From an uncultured bacterium (GTDB lineage Bacteria; Patescibacteriota; Minisyncoccia; UBA6257; 2-01-FULL-56-20): DNA of 64,000 nucleotides. The notes under the pieces were generated by a model, which had not been told where the DNA came from, made no database searches, and worked only from the letters and a program-made list of their open reading frames with translations. This document shows positions 27,002-37,204 of the stretch, piece by piece (position 1 is the stretch's first letter; each line of letters opens with the position of its first letter). A program made the position numbers and the translations under genes. Location of the stretch: assembly GCA_963844965.1 (NCBI GenBank), contig CAWJQC010000006.1:58014-122013 (forward strand). Reading direction: 5' to 3'.

Positions 27002-27788
27002 TTCGGCAAAAGCCGATTACATGAAGCTCGAGGAGCTGAAGCGGAGGGGGGGATACATTTCCTCGCGAAGCTTCATGCTCGACCGCAAGCCGGGCGTGGC
27101 TCTCTTCTCCGCGAAAACGGAGGAGAAGCCATCTCGCCACAAGAACAATCGTGGCGAGATGGTTGTTATCCCTGCGCTCATGGTGCGGGACAGCAGCGGC
27201 AAGAAAGTCGCCGTCTACCACAGGCTCGGTGCCGCGCTGGAACAGAACGAGAAAGGGGAGATTCGCATGATTGATTGCATCCCCTCTAACGCAAAACTTT
27301 TCGCTCCGCTCAAGGAATTTATCACCCCGGGCGAGAAGTTTGCGAATATTCCGGAGCCAGCCGCTGCCGCTCTGCGGAAGTTCTACGGCCACGAAGCTGG
27401 AGACAAGTGGAAGGACAGCTTGCGGGAAAAGCGGGCGGCACAAGCGGCACAAAATGCCGCTGGCCAGCCAGCAACTACCCCCACCCCTCCACCCGAAGCC
27501 GCGCCATCACCTGCCGCCGACAATACAATCAACACGACTGCGGCGGACGAAACAGCGGCGACGGAAGCCAATACCGCTACGGGGGAGGCTAGCCCGACCA
27601 TGGAGGAGGCCCGGGAGCCACAACCGGAAGTGGGATCTGCCGAAGTTGCTCTGACACCGCCGGTGGAAGCCACCGAGGTGATGTCGGGCAACGACACGTT
27701 GTCTGCGGCGCCGATAAAACTCGACGAAGGACGAAGGCGCCGTCGGGACAATAACCGCCGGCACCAGCAGCGCGGTCTGGCGGCGTAA
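26883..27788 (+). CDS. Hypothetical protein, part 2 (Ala/Pro/Thr/Glu-rich C-terminus)
   Basis: ...YMKLEELKRRGGYISSRSFMLDRKPGVALF...; the tail is low-complexity. Confidence 0.4.
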   Translation: MATSTPWHPRRRRPRRTKVAEKPVPAAKTAETKPTGEHRDSAKADYMKLEELKRRGGYISSRSFMLDRKPGVALFSAKTEEKPSRHKNNRGEMVVIPALMVRDSSGKKVAVYHRLGAALEQNEKGEIRMIDCIPSNAKLFAPLKEFITPGEKFANIPEPAAAALRKFYGHEAGDKWKDSLREKRAAQAAQNAAGQPATTPTPPPEAAPSPAADNTINTTAADETAATEANTATGEASPTMEEAREPQPEVGSAEVALTPPVEATEVMSGNDTLSAAPIKLDEGRRRRRDNNRRHQQRGLAA

Positions 27789-27820
27789 GTAGCTTTTTCC
27801 GCTAGAGCTCCTATGGAGTT

Positions 27821-27876
27821 TTAGCACAACCCGTGTGGTTTTCCGAGTGCAAACTCGGAAAACCCACGGGTCTTTT
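27821..27876 (+). terminator. Strong rho-independent terminator
   Basis: CCCGTGTGGTTTTCCGAGtgcaaaCTCGGAAAACCCACGGGtcttttatttg. Confidence 0.55.
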
Positions 27877-27925
27877 ATTTGTCCAAGTGAAGAAAAAGAC
27901 GGGGAATGGTTGGGGTAGCTTTGAC

Positions 27926-27955
27926 TTGACAGGTTGGAAATAAGTATGCTATAAT
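27926..27955 (+). promoter_or_regulatory. Textbook sigma70 promoter (TTGACA-N18-TATAAT)
   Basis: cTTGACAggttggaaataagtatgcTATAATacc. It shares the cTTGACAgg start with the 25678 promoter. Confidence 0.5.
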
Positions 27956-28027
27956 ACCAAGCAGTGGGTAGCTGACGGAATTGCTTCCGCTGGCGGCCGA
28001 CAAATTCATCAGCAAAGGAGGTGGCCC

Positions 28028-28657
28028 ATGGCCGCCAAAGGAATACGATCATCGGAAGCGATGCGTGTGTTGGAAGCGGACGACCCGCTTCCCTGGGAAA
28101 CCTTTTCCCGAGTCGTTCGCTTACTGATTATTGACACGAAGCTGGACGATGCCGGGAAACCCCTTCTGGATAAAAGCGGCTGGCCCGTGGAGGAGGTGTA
28201 CTTCGCCTACAACTCCTCCGACCAGACCGGTCATCGCCCGGCCGGTTACGGCCTGCCCGGGGGGCGCGCCAAGAAAAGGGAGGGGTCTCTAGACGCTCTT
28301 GAACGAGAGGTCTCCGAGGAAGTTCCGTACCCAATCTTGGGCGAACCGATCTTCCTCCTGTCCTATCGTAAGTCAATCGGAGGGCAGAGGATCGAGAAGG
28401 TTGACCTATACTTGGCGAAAGTGGACCGGACCAACACTCACGCTCTTAAAAAGGGCAGCGAGGTCGGCGACGGCCGCTTCTGGGATAAAAGGGAAATATG
28501 GAGTCAGCCCGTAGTTGACACCCGGCCTGACGCACAGGAAGCGGAAGAATCTCCGGAAAGCAAAAGAAGGGGATTCTACAAGTCGCACCTTGACTTGTGT
28601 CGGCTCGGCCTCAAAAAACGGGGCGAGCTAATAGAGGAGGGAATTATTAGGCCCTGA
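28028..28657 (+). CDS. NUDIX hydrolase
   Basis: Nudix box GLPGGRAKKREGSLDALEREVSEEV (GX5EX7REUXEEXGU). Confidence 0.7.
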   Translation: MAAKGIRSSEAMRVLEADDPLPWETFSRVVRLLIIDTKLDDAGKPLLDKSGWPVEEVYFAYNSSDQTGHRPAGYGLPGGRAKKREGSLDALEREVSEEVPYPILGEPIFLLSYRKSIGGQRIEKVDLYLAKVDRTNTHALKKGSEVGDGRFWDKREIWSQPVVDTRPDAQEAEESPESKRRGFYKSHLDLCRLGLKKRGELIEEGIIRP

Positions 28658-28663
28658 CAACTT

Positions 28664-28712
28664 TCTCCGCGCGCAAGCTCGTGAGCTTGCGCGCGGAGAA
28701 CGAACTTTTTTA
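28664..28712 (+). terminator. Palindromic hairpin terminator
   Basis: CTCCGCGCGCAAGCTCGTGAGCTTGCGCGCGGAGaacgaacttttttat. Confidence 0.5.
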
Positions 28713-28786
28713 TAATGACGGGAAACAATTTACGTTTTAAGATACTTGCTTAAAACGTTTTTTCATACTAAAATACTTCATTAGGA

Positions 28787-29062
28787 ATGACCGACGAGCT
28801 TATAAAACAATTGAAGGACGCGGGGTTCCCGCTCCACAAGGAAGCGGGCGCAACGCGGCCGCCCACGCTATCCGAACTTATCGCGGCGTGCAGCAAAGGT
28901 TTTTGGAGCTTGCGCCGGACGCCGGAGGACAAATGGCTCGCCTCCGGCCATTTTTCCGCGAAAGAAGGCCAAATTCCTTACTATGAATCGGTCGCGTATG
29001 ACGAACCGGAGGTAGCGGTCGCGGAACTGTACTTGGCAATAAAGCTGTATGAATCAGAGTAA
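28787..29062 (+). CDS. Hypothetical protein
   Basis: 91 aa; its stop overlaps the start of the next gene. Confidence 0.3.
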   Translation: MTDELIKQLKDAGFPLHKEAGATRPPTLSELIAACSKGFWSLRRTPEDKWLASGHFSAKEGQIPYYESVAYDEPEVAVAELYLAIKLYESE

Positions 29063-29498
29063 GTGCGGAAACGAACCCACTCAACAAACTTGGGGCAGGA
29101 TGGAAGCTTCGCGCGGCCACGCCGTAGCCGTACTTATAATTACGCCGCAGGGGATACCACTGATACGCGATCCCAAAAAACCTCCGCCGGTTTTTTGGAA
29201 AGCGCCGGGAGGACGCAGCGACGCGAGCGAAACGGCAAAAAGCGCCGCGGTGCGCGAGGTGCGCGAAGAAATCGGCGCGAAACTTTCCGAAAATGACCTC
29301 GCGATTGTTTCCGAAGAAGACAGAGATTCGCACATTCTCACGCTCTTTGCGGCCAAACTTCCGTCTTTGCCCGCTATAAAAGACCGTGGCGACGAAGGCG
29401 AAGAGATCCGCATATTTTCTCCGAGCGAAATTCTTGCCATGCACGATTTCTTCCCAAATCACAGGAAAGTATATGAAAAAACACTCAAGGCTCTATAG
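29049..29498 (+). CDS. NUDIX hydrolase
   Basis: Nudix box GGRSDASETAKSAAVREVREEIG. Confidence 0.65.
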   Translation: MNQSKCGNEPTQQTWGRMEASRGHAVAVLIITPQGIPLIRDPKKPPPVFWKAPGGRSDASETAKSAAVREVREEIGAKLSENDLAIVSEEDRDSHILTLFAAKLPSLPAIKDRGDEGEEIRIFSPSEILAMHDFFPNHRKVYEKTLKAL

Positions 29499-29646
29499 AA
29501 CCTCCATCAGCGTGCACAACGCCAGCCCGCTATGCTAAAATTAATAAATAACCGCGCCGCAAGCGGCGGGGTATTCGCGGGCAGATAACAAATTATACAC
29601 AAATCAGCGTCTATCATTTAAATTAACCAACTTATTAAAAATAACC

Positions 29647-31479
29647 GTGTCCAATTTCGTTAAAAACATAATCTGGGCGATAATCGCCCTTCTTGTGATT
29701 TCGGTCATATTCTCGCTGTTCATAGAACCACAAAAGCAACCGGCAACGCTAAGCTTGAGCCAACTTGCGACCAAAATAAACGCCGGCGAAATCACAAAAA
29801 TAGACGTGAACGGCGACGACCTGAACGTAACCCTGAAGGACGGAACGCAAGCGACTTCAAAAAAGGAAGCGGAACTCGGAATTACGGAAACGTTGAAAAA
29901 TCTCGGCGTGGATCCCGCGGCGCTCGATAAAATTAACATCGCGATAGTCAGCCAGTCCGGCTGGCAGTTTTGGGCCGGGATTTTGATACCGACATTGCTT
30001 CCGCTCATCGCCATCGGCGTAATTTTCTGGCTGATGTTTCGCCAGGCGAGAACTGGAGTAAATCAAGCGTTCAGTTTCGGCCGCTCCAATCTCCGCCTCT
30101 CAACGTTCAGGGACAAAGTCACGTTCAAAGACGTCGCCGGCCTGAAGGAGACGAAGGAAGAATTGATAGAAATCGTGGACTTCCTCAAAAACCCGAAAAA
30201 GTTTTTGGATTTGGGAGCGCGCATCCCGCGCGGAATACTTTTGATGGGGCTACCGGGAACCGGAAAAACGCTGATAGCGCGCGCGGTCGCCGGCGAGAGC
30301 AATGTGCCGTTCTTTTTCATCTCGGCGTCGGAGTTCGTGGAAATGTTCGTGGGAGTGGGCGCGAGCCGCACCAGAGACGCTTTCATGACTGCGAAGCGCG
30401 CGGCACCGTCAATTCTCTTCATTGACGAAATAGACGCCGTGGGACGCCAGCGCGGCGCGGGCCTCGGCGGCGGCAACGACGAGCGCGAGCAAACCCTTAA
30501 CCAGATCCTCGTTGAGCTGGATGGTTTTGACCGCGACACGCGCGTGATAGTTCTTGCCGCCACGAACCGCCCGGACATTCTTGACCCGGCGCTCCTCCGG
30601 CCCGGACGCTTTGACAGACGCGTTGTGCTTGATTTGCCGGATATAAACGACAGGGAAGCGATCCTCCACATCCACGCACAGGGCAAGGTGCTGGACAAAA
30701 ACGTTGACTTAAGAAAAGTGGCGGTGCGCACTCCGGGATTTTCCGGTGCCGACTTGGCGAATCTCATGAATGAGAGCGCGCTACTCGCGGCCCGCAGAGG
30801 TAAAAAAGCGGCCGGACAAGACGAGCTTTATGAGGCCGTAGAGAAAGTAATTCTCGGACCGGAGCGCAGAAGCCGCGTCATTTCGGAGAAAGAAAAGAAA
30901 ATCACGGCTTTTCACGAAGGCGGACACGCGCTCGTGGCGGCATCCCTAAAGGATGCCGATCCGGTGCACAAAGTTTCCATCGTCAGCCGCGGTTTTGCCG
31001 GCGGCTACACCATGAATATGCCCAACGAGGAACAACGCCTGAAAACCAAAAAGCAGTTCCTCGCGAACATGACCATGATGCTCGGCGGCTACGCTTCCGA
31101 AAAGCTCGTTTTCGGCGATGTATCCACCGGCGCTTCAAGCGACCTACGCGAGGCCTCGGAACTTGCCCGCAGGCTCGTGACAAAATACGGCATGAGCGAA
31201 TCGCTGGGTCCGCAAACATTCGGTAAAACCGAGGAATTGATATTCCTGGGACGCGAAATCGCCACCGAAAAAAATTACTCGGAGGATACGGCGAAAAAGA
31301 TAGACGGAGAAGTGGAGAAATTCATTGAACGCGCGCACAAAACCGCCCAGAAGATTTTACGGAAACACAAGAACGCCCTGGAGAAAGTGGCGAAAACGCT
31401 TATGGAAAAAGAAACGCTGGAACAGGAGGACTTCTACGCGCTTTTGAAGCCATTCAGAATAAAACCGATTGGGGTGTGA
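29647..31479 (+). CDS. ftsH: ATP-dependent zinc metalloprotease FtsH
   Basis: N-terminal TM helices, AAA Walker [13 protein letters not shown], the second region of homology, and the HEGGHA zinc motif. Confidence 0.95.
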   Translation: MSNFVKNIIWAIIALLVISVIFSLFIEPQKQPATLSLSQLATKINAGEITKIDVNGDDLNVTLKDGTQATSKKEAELGITETLKNLGVDPAALDKINIAIVSQSGWQFWAGILIPTLLPLIAIGVIFWLMFRQARTGVNQAFSFGRSNLRLSTFRDKVTFKDVAGLKETKEELIEIVDFLKNPKKFLDLGARIPRGILLMGLPGTGKTLIARAVAGESNVPFFFISASEFVEMFVGVGASRTRDAFMTAKRAAPSILFIDEIDAVGRQRGAGLGGGNDEREQTLNQILVELDGFDRDTRVIVLAATNRPDILDPALLRPGRFDRRVVLDLPDINDREAILHIHAQGKVLDKNVDLRKVAVRTPGFSGADLANLMNESALLAARRGKKAAGQDELYEAVEKVILGPERRSRVISEKEKKITAFHEGGHALVAASLKDADPVHKVSIVSRGFAGGYTMNMPNEEQRLKTKKQFLANMTMMLGGYASEKLVFGDVSTGASSDLREASELARRLVTKYGMSESLGPQTFGKTEELIFLGREIATEKNYSEDTAKKIDGEVEKFIERAHKTAQKILRKHKNALEKVAKTLMEKETLEQEDFYALLKPFRIKPIGV

Positions 31480-31520
31480 TAGCAATTGAAAAACCGCCAC
31501 TCGTGGCGGTTTTTCAACTT

Positions 31521-31595
31521 TGGTGCGCGCGCCTGGATTCGAACCAGGAACCTGCCGTGTATAAGACGGATGCTCTGCCGTTGAGCTACGCGCGC
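31521..31595 (-). tRNA. tRNA-Ile (anticodon UAU, decodes AUA), CCA encoded
   Basis: Reverse complement: GCGCGCG-TA-GCTC-AACGGCA-GAGC-A-TCCGT-CTTATAC-ACGGC-AGGTT-CCTGG-TTCGAAT-CCAGG-CGCGCGC-A-CCA. A genomically encoded UAU anticodon is uncommon in bacteria. Confidence 0.6.
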
Positions 31596-31822
31596 TTCCT
31601 TTCCCCTATTCCCATTTTACAAAATAGACTCTGGTTTTGTAAGTCCTACGCGCCGCTTTTTGTTTTTAGGAAGCTGTCGGAGGCGACGCAAGCTTGGTTC
31701 CGCTGAAAGCGGATTGCGCCGCCGACCTGCCTGCCAGGCAGGGATGCAGAGCCGATTCGCCGCTGGAGCGAATCGAGCTCGATTCTCAAAAACAAAAACC
31801 GGCGCGGTTACAAAACGAGGGT

Positions 31823-32410
31823 CTACTTGCTTACTATCTTGTCAAATCTGTCCATCGCTTGCCCAGCCTGGTCGTTGAAATTATTTATGGCTTGGACTTC
31901 GGCGTTGATCTGGTCCACTAAAAGCGCGACTGTTTTGCTGTCGTAGGTCTTGCCGGTGAAATTGCTGCGCAAGGCGTCCAGAAGCTGGCCCAGGTAGCCG
32001 CTGTAATTTATGAGGCGGGAGAGAAGCGCCAGGCGATTGGAAATTGATTCAAGCGCGGCCTGTCTGGCATCAAGCGAATCTATATCGGAGAGCGCCTTTG
32101 TCATTTCCTCCACCTGACCCGAGAGCTCCACGGCCTGGTCGCGTATCTCCTGGCTTTGCTTCACGACGTCGGTGGATAAATTCAGGGCCTCGGTATAATT
32201 TCCCTGCATGTCGTATTCGTCTATTTTTGCCAAGTCAAGCGTTGACTGATTGGAAAGGTTAACGATATTTTGGGATATGAGCGCCCCCTTCATCCGCGCG
32301 TCGGTGAAGGCCTGCGGCACACCACCCGAATTCCACAAAAAATGCACGGCTGTGTAACCACCGCCTACGAGCAGAACAAAAACAATAAGCAATATTGTTC
32401 TCCGAGACAT
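31823..32410 (-). CDS. Hypothetical membrane-anchored coiled-coil protein
   Basis: 195 aa with an N-terminal TM helix and a Gln/Leu-rich, coiled-coil-like remainder. Confidence 0.4.
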   Translation of the reverse strand: MSRRTILLIVFVLLVGGGYTAVHFLWNSGGVPQAFTDARMKGALISQNIVNLSNQSTLDLAKIDEYDMQGNYTEALNLSTDVVKQSQEIRDQAVELSGQVEEMTKALSDIDSLDARQAALESISNRLALLSRLINYSGYLGQLLDALRSNFTGKTYDSKTVALLVDQINAEVQAINNFNDQAGQAMDRFDKIVSK

Positions 32411-32816
32411 CTGAAAAATGTTTCCGTTTAATTCCTTTTAGCAGATTCCGCGGAAAAAATCAATAACCGCCACTTGAGAATATACGCCTTGGAATGTAAA
32501 ATGAAGTTGGTCGGAACTGCGAACTGGCGCGATTATTACATAACTAATACGACAGAAAACATCCGTTCGGTTCGGCTCGCGGCAATTAACATTTAACGCA
32601 CAAGCGGGCCCCGCACCGAGCCGGGCACTTCGTTTTCTACAACGTCGGTGGTAAGATATTGTAACCACACCAAATTCAAAACTTGGCATCGGCAGTTTTT
32701 TTCAGGAAAATGTAAAAGTGTTGCGGTGCCCGATCTGGTGACGGGGCGGGTGTAGCACGGCGGTTAGTGCGGACCTTCCAAGCCCCGCACCAAAGAAGGA
32801 CTTGGTGAGTCATCTT

Positions 32817-32887
32817 GCGGGCGTAGTATAGCGGCAATACGTCACCCTTCCAAGGTGAAGTCGTGGGTTCAACTCCCATCGCCCGCT
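32817..32887 (+). tRNA. tRNA-Gly (anticodon UCC)
   Basis: GCGGGCG-TA-GTAT-AGCGGCAA-TAC-G-TCACC-CTTCCAA-GGTGA-AGTC-GTGGG-TTCAACT-CCCAT-CGCCCGC-T. Confidence 0.7.
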
Positions 32888-33036
32888 CACAAAACGCAAG
32901 CAGTCCTTCTTATGGTGACAGGGCAAGCAACATACGGCGGTTCGACTCCGCTCACCCGCTCAGAAGAAGGGGGTTGGGGGATAATTACCACGCAAACATG
33001 ATTAGGTGCACATTTGAAAACGGCAGTGAGGCCTTC

Positions 33037-33468
33037 ATGCGGCACACCGTAGTAGACACCATCGTGCTTAAGGACGGCAAGGTCCTTTTGGTCAAGAGAG
33101 CAAAAAAATTTCTTGAGGGCGGCAAATGGGCGCTTGTCGGAGGATTTATGGAAAAGAACTAAACTATCAAGGAGGCGGTGGCGCGGGAGGTCCTTGAAGA
33201 GACGGGGTATGAGGTGGGCGGCATTACCCTGTTCCGCATAATCGATAATCCCAATCATCCGGGCGAGGACAGGCAAAATGTTTGTTTTGTCCACTACTGC
33301 AACGCCCTCAAAAAAACCGGCGCGCCGGATTTGGAAAATGATGAACAACGGTGGTTTTCTTTTTCAGAACTGCCGCCCAAAGACGAAATGGCCTTTGATC
33401 ACCTGGAAGATATTTGCCTCTATCGGGAGTACACCGAGAAACCCCTCATTTTACCGAGAATCGGATAA
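33037..33468 (+). pseudogene. NUDIX hydrolase interrupted by an in-frame TAA at the conserved Nudix-box Glu
   Basis: ...GGKWALVGGFMEKN*TIKEAVAREVLEETGYEV: the stop at 33160-33162 sits exactly where GX5-E-X7REUXEEXGU requires Glu (GAA to TAA). The ORF track splits the gene into 32863..33162 and 33178..33468. Confidence 0.55.
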
Positions 33469-33532
33469 TGTTTTCTGCTATAATCTATAAATAAAGAAGT
33501 TAACGAAAACGAAAGTCGCCAAACAAACTACC

Positions 33533-34028
33533 ATGGACATATTCGCTTCGGTTAAGGACGTTATGATAAAGAAGGTGGTAACCGCCGCGTCTGACACGCC
33601 GCTGATTGAGGCCGTAAACCGCATGCTGGCCAACAAGTATCTCCGGGCTTCCTGTGGTTGATAAGAACAACAAAGTTATCGGGATTGTCACTGAATACGA
33701 CATAACGACGAAAGGATCTCTCGCGAATCTAACGACGTATGTGAGGCTTCTGCAAGAGTCGCGTGTGTACAAGCACGGACACGAGGAAGATTCTATTTTG
33801 GGCAGCATAAAAAGGGTGCTAAGCGCAACCGTGGGCCAAGTAATGAATCCCGAGCCGTTGGTCTTGAAACAAGATGCCTCCATCAATCAGGCGGTGCAGA
33901 CATTTGTTGAACACCACAGCGTAAACCCGATACCGATCGTTGACGACGCCGGCAAGCTGGTCGGCGTTTTAAGCAGGCACGACCTCATAAAACTTTTTTA
34001 TATTTCATCCGTTCGTCCCGGCAAGTAG
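33533..34028 (+). CDS. CBS-domain pair protein with an apparent +1 frameshift near 33634
   Basis: MDIFASVKDVMIKKVVTAASDTPLIEAVNRMLANK reads in frame 1. ISGLPVVDKNNKVIGIVTEYDI...LSRHDLIKL continues in the frame of ORF 33654..34028. The junction is aacaag-t-atctcc. Confidence 0.55.
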
Positions 34029-34340
34029 ATCCGAAATACAGCATGGCTAAAAAATAAGGCCCTTCCGCAAGGGAAGGGACCTATTGAGTGTGGCGCGTTT
34101 GCGCCGAAGAGTTTGCCCGGCAATACGCTGGGCGTATTAGTGCGAACTTTTCAGTTGTCAGTGAGCCTAATTTAATGATAGCCAAACCCGTTAACCCGTC
34201 AAACCCCGCCCTGTGGATAACTTTTTATATCATAAATCAGTCATTAATTAACGAGTTAAAGAGCTAACGAGTTGAAAAACACAATCCAACCAACCCGTGA
34301 ACTCGTTAACGCGTTAACTCATTAATCAAAAATTTATAAC

Positions 34341-35075
34341 TTACCCGTTCTCGCTCGTCGGGGCTTTTTCAACTTTGAGCGTGCCGTCATCCTCAACCGT
34401 CACAAAAAAGAAAATGTTGGAGTTGCCGCCAGTTGTAAGCGTAAATTGGGTATCATCTTCCGAAACGACGAATACCACCTCCTGATTGTCATAACTTTCC
34501 TGTGGGCCAAGCTGCGCACCGCCACTCGTGGAAAATTGAAATTGTAAGGTGTCCGGCGGCGTCATATCCCCTTCCTCGTTGAGGAGACGGCGGATTGTGA
34601 GCCCGACATCTTTATAGTCATTGGTCGGATTGGAAATTTTCAGATATAAAGTCAAAGCATCAACAACTTCGTCCGCTTTTCTGTATGCCCCGCTTGAAGC
34701 GTTGAAAACCGGCAAATTACCAACCATTCTTTCGCCCAAGGTAACACCCATAAGAGAAAAATTCACTTCGTCTTCGGTCCAAGAAACAGGATAAGGATAA
34801 GCGAAATACGCCGATTTCACGGATGACGTCGCAGCCTGCGCCGGAGTGGAGGTCACGACCTGCGTCGTAGAAGATGCCGTCTGGGGTGCATTTGCGGCCG
34901 GCGCCGATTCCTGATTCTCGGCTGTCTCCCCGACGGTTATATTTTCAACCGTCCGGCCTCTTACAAATAAAATTATAATAACGCCCAGAAGCAGAATGAC
35001 GGCGATGGATAAAATACGTATGAGTATTTTCTGCCCGTGAACCTTGTTTTCGTCCATAATTATTGATTCTACCAA
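34341..35075 (-). CDS. Hypothetical membrane-anchored extracellular protein
   Basis: 244 aa with an N-terminal TM helix, a Thr/Ser/Ala-rich linker and a beta-rich domain. Confidence 0.4.
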   Translation of the reverse strand: MVESIIMDENKVHGQKILIRILSIAVILLLGVIIILFVRGRTVENITVGETAENQESAPAANAPQTASSTTQVVTSTPAQAATSSVKSAYFAYPYPVSWTEDEVNFSLMGVTLGERMVGNLPVFNASSGAYRKADEVVDALTLYLKISNPTNDYKDVGLTIRRLLNEEGDMTPPDTLQFQFSTSGGAQLGPQESYDNQEVVFVVSEDDTQFTLTTGGNSNIFFFVTVEDDGTLKVEKAPTSENG

Positions 35076-35090
35076 AATGGCTAATCAGCT

Positions 35091-36302
35091 TCAAATTTTC
35101 ACCCTAAAGAAGTTTTTCTTGCCGATCTTCACGATTTCGCCGCCCTCTAAATCCAACCATTCGGCCGAATCTTTCTTGACAACGCCACCAATCTCAACCG
35201 CGCCCTGCTCAATCAAACGGCGCGCTTCGCTCTTGCTTTTCGCAGCACCCGAAGCGAGGACGATATCCAAAACAGCCGCACTGCTTTTTATTTTCAGTTC
35301 CGGCAAATTTGCCGGCATTTCTTTTTTGGAGAAAACTTCTATAAATTTTTCACGCGCGGCGGCAGCGGTTTCTTTTCCGTAAATCGTCTCAACAACAACC
35401 TCGGCGATATCCAATTTCGCGTCGCGCGGATTCAATTTCCCGGAAGCAACGCCCTTGCGTAATTTTTCCAAATCGGCAAGCGGCATCTCCGTGCAAAACT
35501 CGGCGACGGGGAACATGGAAACGTCGTCAAACGCCATAACCTTGCCGAAGATATCTTCGGGCGCGTCATCAAGATTTATCATTCCGCCCTCGCTCTTGTT
35601 CATCAGTTTTTTTCCGGTCTTCGGATGCTCGAGTAGTTTTGTCGTGAGGACGAACTTTTCTTTGTTCTTGTAGATTTTCATCAGGTTGCGGCCGACAAGC
35701 ATATTGAAGGTCTGGTCTGTGCCGCCGATTTCCATATCCACGTCAAGCGCGACGGAATCGTATCCCTGCATCAAGGGATAAGAAAATTCGCTGACGGCAA
35801 TCGGTTTGCCGGCCTTCAGCCGCTCGCTGAACATATCGCGTTCAATCATTTGCTGAACGGTAACGTTCGCGGAGAGTTTGAGCCAGTCGGCGAGGTTCAT
35901 TTTGGCCAGCCACTTGGAATTAAAGGCGGTTTTCGCGGCGTTTTCGCCGCCAAATCTGATGATTTTGCCGACCTGCTCCCTAAATGTCCTCATATTTTCG
36001 GCAACCTCTTTTTCAGTAAGTGCTTTCCTCGTCGCAAGTTTGTCCGTCGGGTCGCCGATGCGGGCGGTGAAATCGCCGATGAGGAATATTATCTCATGTC
36101 CGAGCGCCTGCAGTCTCTTTAGAACCAAAAGGTTTGTGAGCTGGCCCAAATGCAAATGCGGGCCGGTAGGGTCAACGCCAAGATAAACGCGGAGTTTCTT
36201 GCCAGAAAGCAAAACCTTCTCCGGCGCCTCCCGCGATGGGTATACTTTATCAACCGAACGCTCAAGGACTTCCTTTATTTTTTCCTCGGCGGTTCTCATC
36301 AC
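35091..36302 (-). CDS. tyrS: Tyrosine--tRNA ligase
   Basis: PTGPHLHLGQ (HIGH-type), KMNKSEGG (KMSKS-type), and a C-terminal S4-like region. Confidence 0.9.
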   Translation of the reverse strand: MMRTAEEKIKEVLERSVDKVYPSREAPEKVLLSGKKLRVYLGVDPTGPHLHLGQLTNLLVLKRLQALGHEIIFLIGDFTARIGDPTDKLATRKALTEKEVAENMRTFREQVGKIIRFGGENAAKTAFNSKWLAKMNLADWLKLSANVTVQQMIERDMFSERLKAGKPIAVSEFSYPLMQGYDSVALDVDMEIGGTDQTFNMLVGRNLMKIYKNKEKFVLTTKLLEHPKTGKKLMNKSEGGMINLDDAPEDIFGKVMAFDDVSMFPVAEFCTEMPLADLEKLRKGVASGKLNPRDAKLDIAEVVVETIYGKETAAAAREKFIEVFSKKEMPANLPELKIKSSAAVLDIVLASGAAKSKSEARRLIEQGAVEIGGVVKKDSAEWLDLEGGEIVKIGKKNFFRVKI

Positions 36303-36346
36303 AAAAACTTTACCACGAAACCGCTTTTTATTAAAATCTAACTTAT

Positions 36347-37204
36347 ATGGGCATACTACTTGCTGTTACCGCGTTGTTTTCGTGGGGCCTCGGCGATTTT
36401 CTCATCCAACGAAGCACAAGAAGGTTCGGCGATTGGGTGGCGCTATTTTACATCGCGGCTTTTGGGACCATTATCCTATTCCCTTTCGCCTATCCAAATC
36501 TTAGGACCGCTCTTGAAAACCATCCAACTTTGTTGCTGGTTGCCTGCCTTGTTCTTTTACTTGCCGCCCTGTTTGATTTTGAAGCAATGCGCATTGGCAA
36601 GATCTCCGTAGTGGAACCGATTTACGCTTTCGAAATACCCATCGCTGCATTCCTAGCAGCATATTTCATTAAAGAGCTGCTTACGCCAGAACAGATCTTT
36701 TTCACGGCAACTTTAATAGCGGGCATCTTTCTTGTTTCTGTTCGCTCGTTTTCCTACCTCAAAAATATTCACCTTGAAAAGGGTGTGTGGTACGCCGCCG
36801 TCGGCACTATTGGCTTGGGAGCATCCAGCTTTCTTTTCGGCTTGGGGTCGCGAGAAACAAGCCCTCTTGTGATCAACTGGTTCACGGACGCCTTTCTCAC
36901 AATAGCGACCGTTTTTTATTTGGCGGCTACTTCTCGGCTCGGAGAAATCAGATCCGGTTTTAGGAACAACAAGCGGCTGATCCTGAATGTCAGCTTCTTT
37001 GACAAGCTCGCGTGGGTTACGTTTTCTTATGCGACGCTTTTTATCCCCATCGCGGTCGTGACCGGCATCAGCGAGGGATATATCGCTTTCGCGGCGGGAT
37101 TGGGACTGTTATTCAACAAGGAAAGGCTCCGACTTCACCAGTGGATCGGCCTCATTCTCGCAACGATTTCCGTGATACTCCTTGCATTCGTCACCGTGGG
37201 ATAG
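36347..37204 (+). CDS. EamA/DMT-family transporter
   Basis: 285 aa, about 10 TM helices, two EamA-like halves. Confidence 0.65.
   Translation: MGILLAVTALFSWGLGDFLIQRSTRRFGDWVALFYIAAFGTIILFPFAYPNLRTALENHPTLLLVACLVLLLAALFDFEAMRIGKISVVEPIYAFEIPIAAFLAAYFIKELLTPEQIFFTATLIAGIFLVSVRSFSYLKNIHLEKGVWYAAVGTIGLGASSFLFGLGSRETSPLVINWFTDAFLTIATVFYLAATSRLGEIRSGFRNNKRLILNVSFFDKLAWVTFSYATLFIPIAVVTGISEGYIAFAAGLGLLFNKERLRLHQWIGLILATISVILLAFVTVG

Noticed and set aside
29647-31479. Possible stop-codon reassignment (TGA to Gly, as in some CPR lineages)
   Set aside because: ftsH, gyrA and other conserved genes terminate at TGA where the alignment to known homologs ends, so the standard code applies.
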